This document shows, piece after piece, positions 62,068 to 64,000 of a stretch of DNA of 64,000 nucleotides. The stretch is from Hypanus sabinus (lineage: Eukaryota): NCBI RefSeq assembly GCF_030144855.1, contig NC_082707.1, positions 135,470,001 through 135,534,000 of the forward strand. The letters run 5' to 3'. The position numbers and the translations under genes are program-made. Within the stretch, counting starts at the first letter, position 1. Each line of letters begins with the position of its first letter. Below the pieces are notes generated by a model. That model was given only the letters and a program-made list of their open reading frames with translations. It ran no database searches and had not been told where the DNA came from.

Positions 62068-62659
62068 CGAATGAGAAGGAATCTCATTGAAACCTATTGA
62101 ATGTTGAAGTGCCTCGATAGAGTGGATGTGAAAAGGATGTTTCCTATAGTGGGGAGTCTAAGACCAGCGGGCACACAGTGAGAATAGAAAGACATCCATT
62201 TAGAACAGGTATGATGATGAATTTCTTTAGCCAGAGAGTGGTGAATCTGTGGAATTCACAGCCACAGGTGGTGGTGGAGGCCAAATCACTGGGCACATTT
62301 AAGACAGAGGTTGATAATTTCTTGACTAGTCAGGGCATCAGGGGTTACAGGGAGAAGGGAGAAGACTGGGGCTGAGAGGGAAATAGATCAGCCATGATGA
62401 AATAGTGGAGCAGATTCGATGGCCAAATGACTAATTCTGCTCCTGTATCTTATCATCTTATGGTCTCATGGAGACAGATAATAAATCAGCCAAGGTGGAG
62501 TAAACTTGATCGGCTGAATGGCCTAATTCTGCTCCTATTTCTTAAGGCCTTACGTCAAATGCCAAGCTGAATTCGATGAACAACACCATAGCAGATGAGG
62601 CAGTAATTTCTAGGTGAGATAGAGCAGAATGGAGGGCCAAAGCTATGGCATCTTCAGTG

Positions 62660-63110
62660 GACTAGTTTCAGCGGTAGATGAACTGGAAAGGATCCTATTG
62701 GAAGGTCTGATTTTATATGATCCACTACCAGCTGCTCAAAACACGTCATGATTGCTGAGGTCAGTGCCGCTGGGTTGTAATCACTTATGCCAGTTACCGT
62801 CACTTCCCTGGTCACTGGAATGATGGCAGCTGCTTTGAAACCTGCAGGGACAGCGGACTGTTGAAGAGTTGTTAAAGATGTCCATTAAGACCCCTCATAG
62901 CTGGGCTGCACAATCCGTCAGCACCTGACCAAGTATATCATCTGGCCCCACAGCTAGGATCCACCTCACCTTGGCTGTGGCCACACAAGGTGCCTGTTTC
63001 CCAGGGGGGAGATGAGGTTTTCCTCAATGTCACATCATTCATTACATCAAATTGAGCTTAGAAGGAATTCAGCATTTAGGAAATGAGGCATCACTGTCAC
63101 TGACATGCAG
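62660..63110 (-). mobile_element. Rex1/Babar RT fragment
   Basis: Antisense of GPDDI.GQVLTDCAAQL..VPAGFKAAAIIPV..DYNPAALTSAIMTCFEQLV. Confidence 0.75.
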
Positions 63111-63319
63111 GATGGTTTTGTAACGTGTACTGCATGTCCCTGGTGTCACTGTATACACAGTAACTGTATACATAGAATTTTAGATCTTCTAAGTGGGTGT
63201 GCTCAAAGAAATTTTGTGAGAATTCAAACTTTTTTTGTGCTTAACATTTTCTCAAGGCAATTTTCAACAACTGAAGTGCTGCGAGAAGTTTATTACCCTA
63301 GATTGGGCTAAAATGCAGG

Positions 63320-63790
63320 ACATAGCATTTGGACACTGAGAAAGGTTGGAACATGAGTAGGGCATTGGTCCTTTGGCACTGCACCACCATCAATTCAACT
63401 GCTCTTCGGTACCCTATTCCTTCCATCTTTCCATGTCCCTTGGAGCTTTTGGCATCAAAGAAAATATATCGTCTATATTTTGGATGTAAAGCATTTACAA
63501 TTTGTTCTATTCTGCTTCCTATAGTAGAAGATTCTTCAGATTCTCTATTCTCTGATTTAAGAATGTTCTGATCTCACTTCTAAATGAGTACCTATGTCTC
63601 AAGGCTATATCCTGGTGTTGGATTCTCCAGCAACCAGCAGCATCCTGCCTGTATCTGCTGTGTCCTTTCCTGTTAAAATGTTACAGGTTTAAGTCAGATC
63701 CCTTCCTTCTGTAATCTGGTAATAATAAACTTAAATCTCATATCCTTTCTCTCCTCATACATCAGTTCTACCACCCCAGGAATCGGATAA
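63320..63790 (-). mobile_element. Old CR1 3' fragment
   Basis: Decayed CR1 3' UTR and C-terminal pattern. Confidence 0.45.
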
Positions 63791-64000
63791 GAGGCCCAAG
63801 TTCTCTGAGTGAAACAAAACTGACACCAAATGCTAAGTCGTTCTTTCTACAGCTGCACAATCTGATCTACAGCAAAAAGATCATGTATAAATTTGCAAAT
63901 TTGTAGACCACTAAGGTCTATAGCTAAGGTCATAACTGCCTTCTTAAATACAGTCAAATGTTTCCAACCTTGAGTGCAAGCCTTCATTCTGAGAGGTGTT

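Larger units (their letters stand above)
58085..62470 (+). mobile_element. Long degenerate CR1 LINE (ORF1 end, ORF2, 3' UTR) hosting three younger insertions
   Basis: IVMGDFN, ILDCLLCN, LSKYFASVF, GPDGLHPTVLKE, SGAPQGSVLG, FFSQRVVNLWN in order; many stops. Confidence 0.9.

Overview
Eukaryotic, AT-rich, transposon-dominated genomic DNA with no bacterial-type operon, CRISPR array, rRNA or genuine tRNA gene. The repeat mix (many CR1 LINEs, Rex1/Babar LINEs, V-domain SINEs, Penelope-like fragments) suggests a cartilaginous fish, probably a ray; this is an inference from remembered repeat families. The window is most likely a large intron or intergenic region. Best-resolved elements: (1) a complete but decayed Gypsy provirus (24839-29055, 214-bp LTRs, GTAT target-site duplication (TSD), tRNA-Trp primer site); (2) a full-length decayed hAT/Charlie-Buster transposon (10703-14330) with nested insertions; (3) a TSD-bounded L1 whose ORF2 is deleted in frame to a 55-aa remnant, i.e. 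HAL1-like (19440-22063); (4) many Penelope-like fragments carrying minimal hammerhead ribozyme motifs; (5) three young CR1 copies, a solo LTR and several SINEs with clean TSDs. The only host-gene signals are candidate short exons (best: 33 nt at 16617-16649). I found no clearly new biological system; the most interesting leads are the hammerhead motifs, the HAL1-like L1 and head-less non-coding elements with LINE tails. Boundaries of old, degenerate repeats are approximate, and family names come from motif recognition, not database searches.
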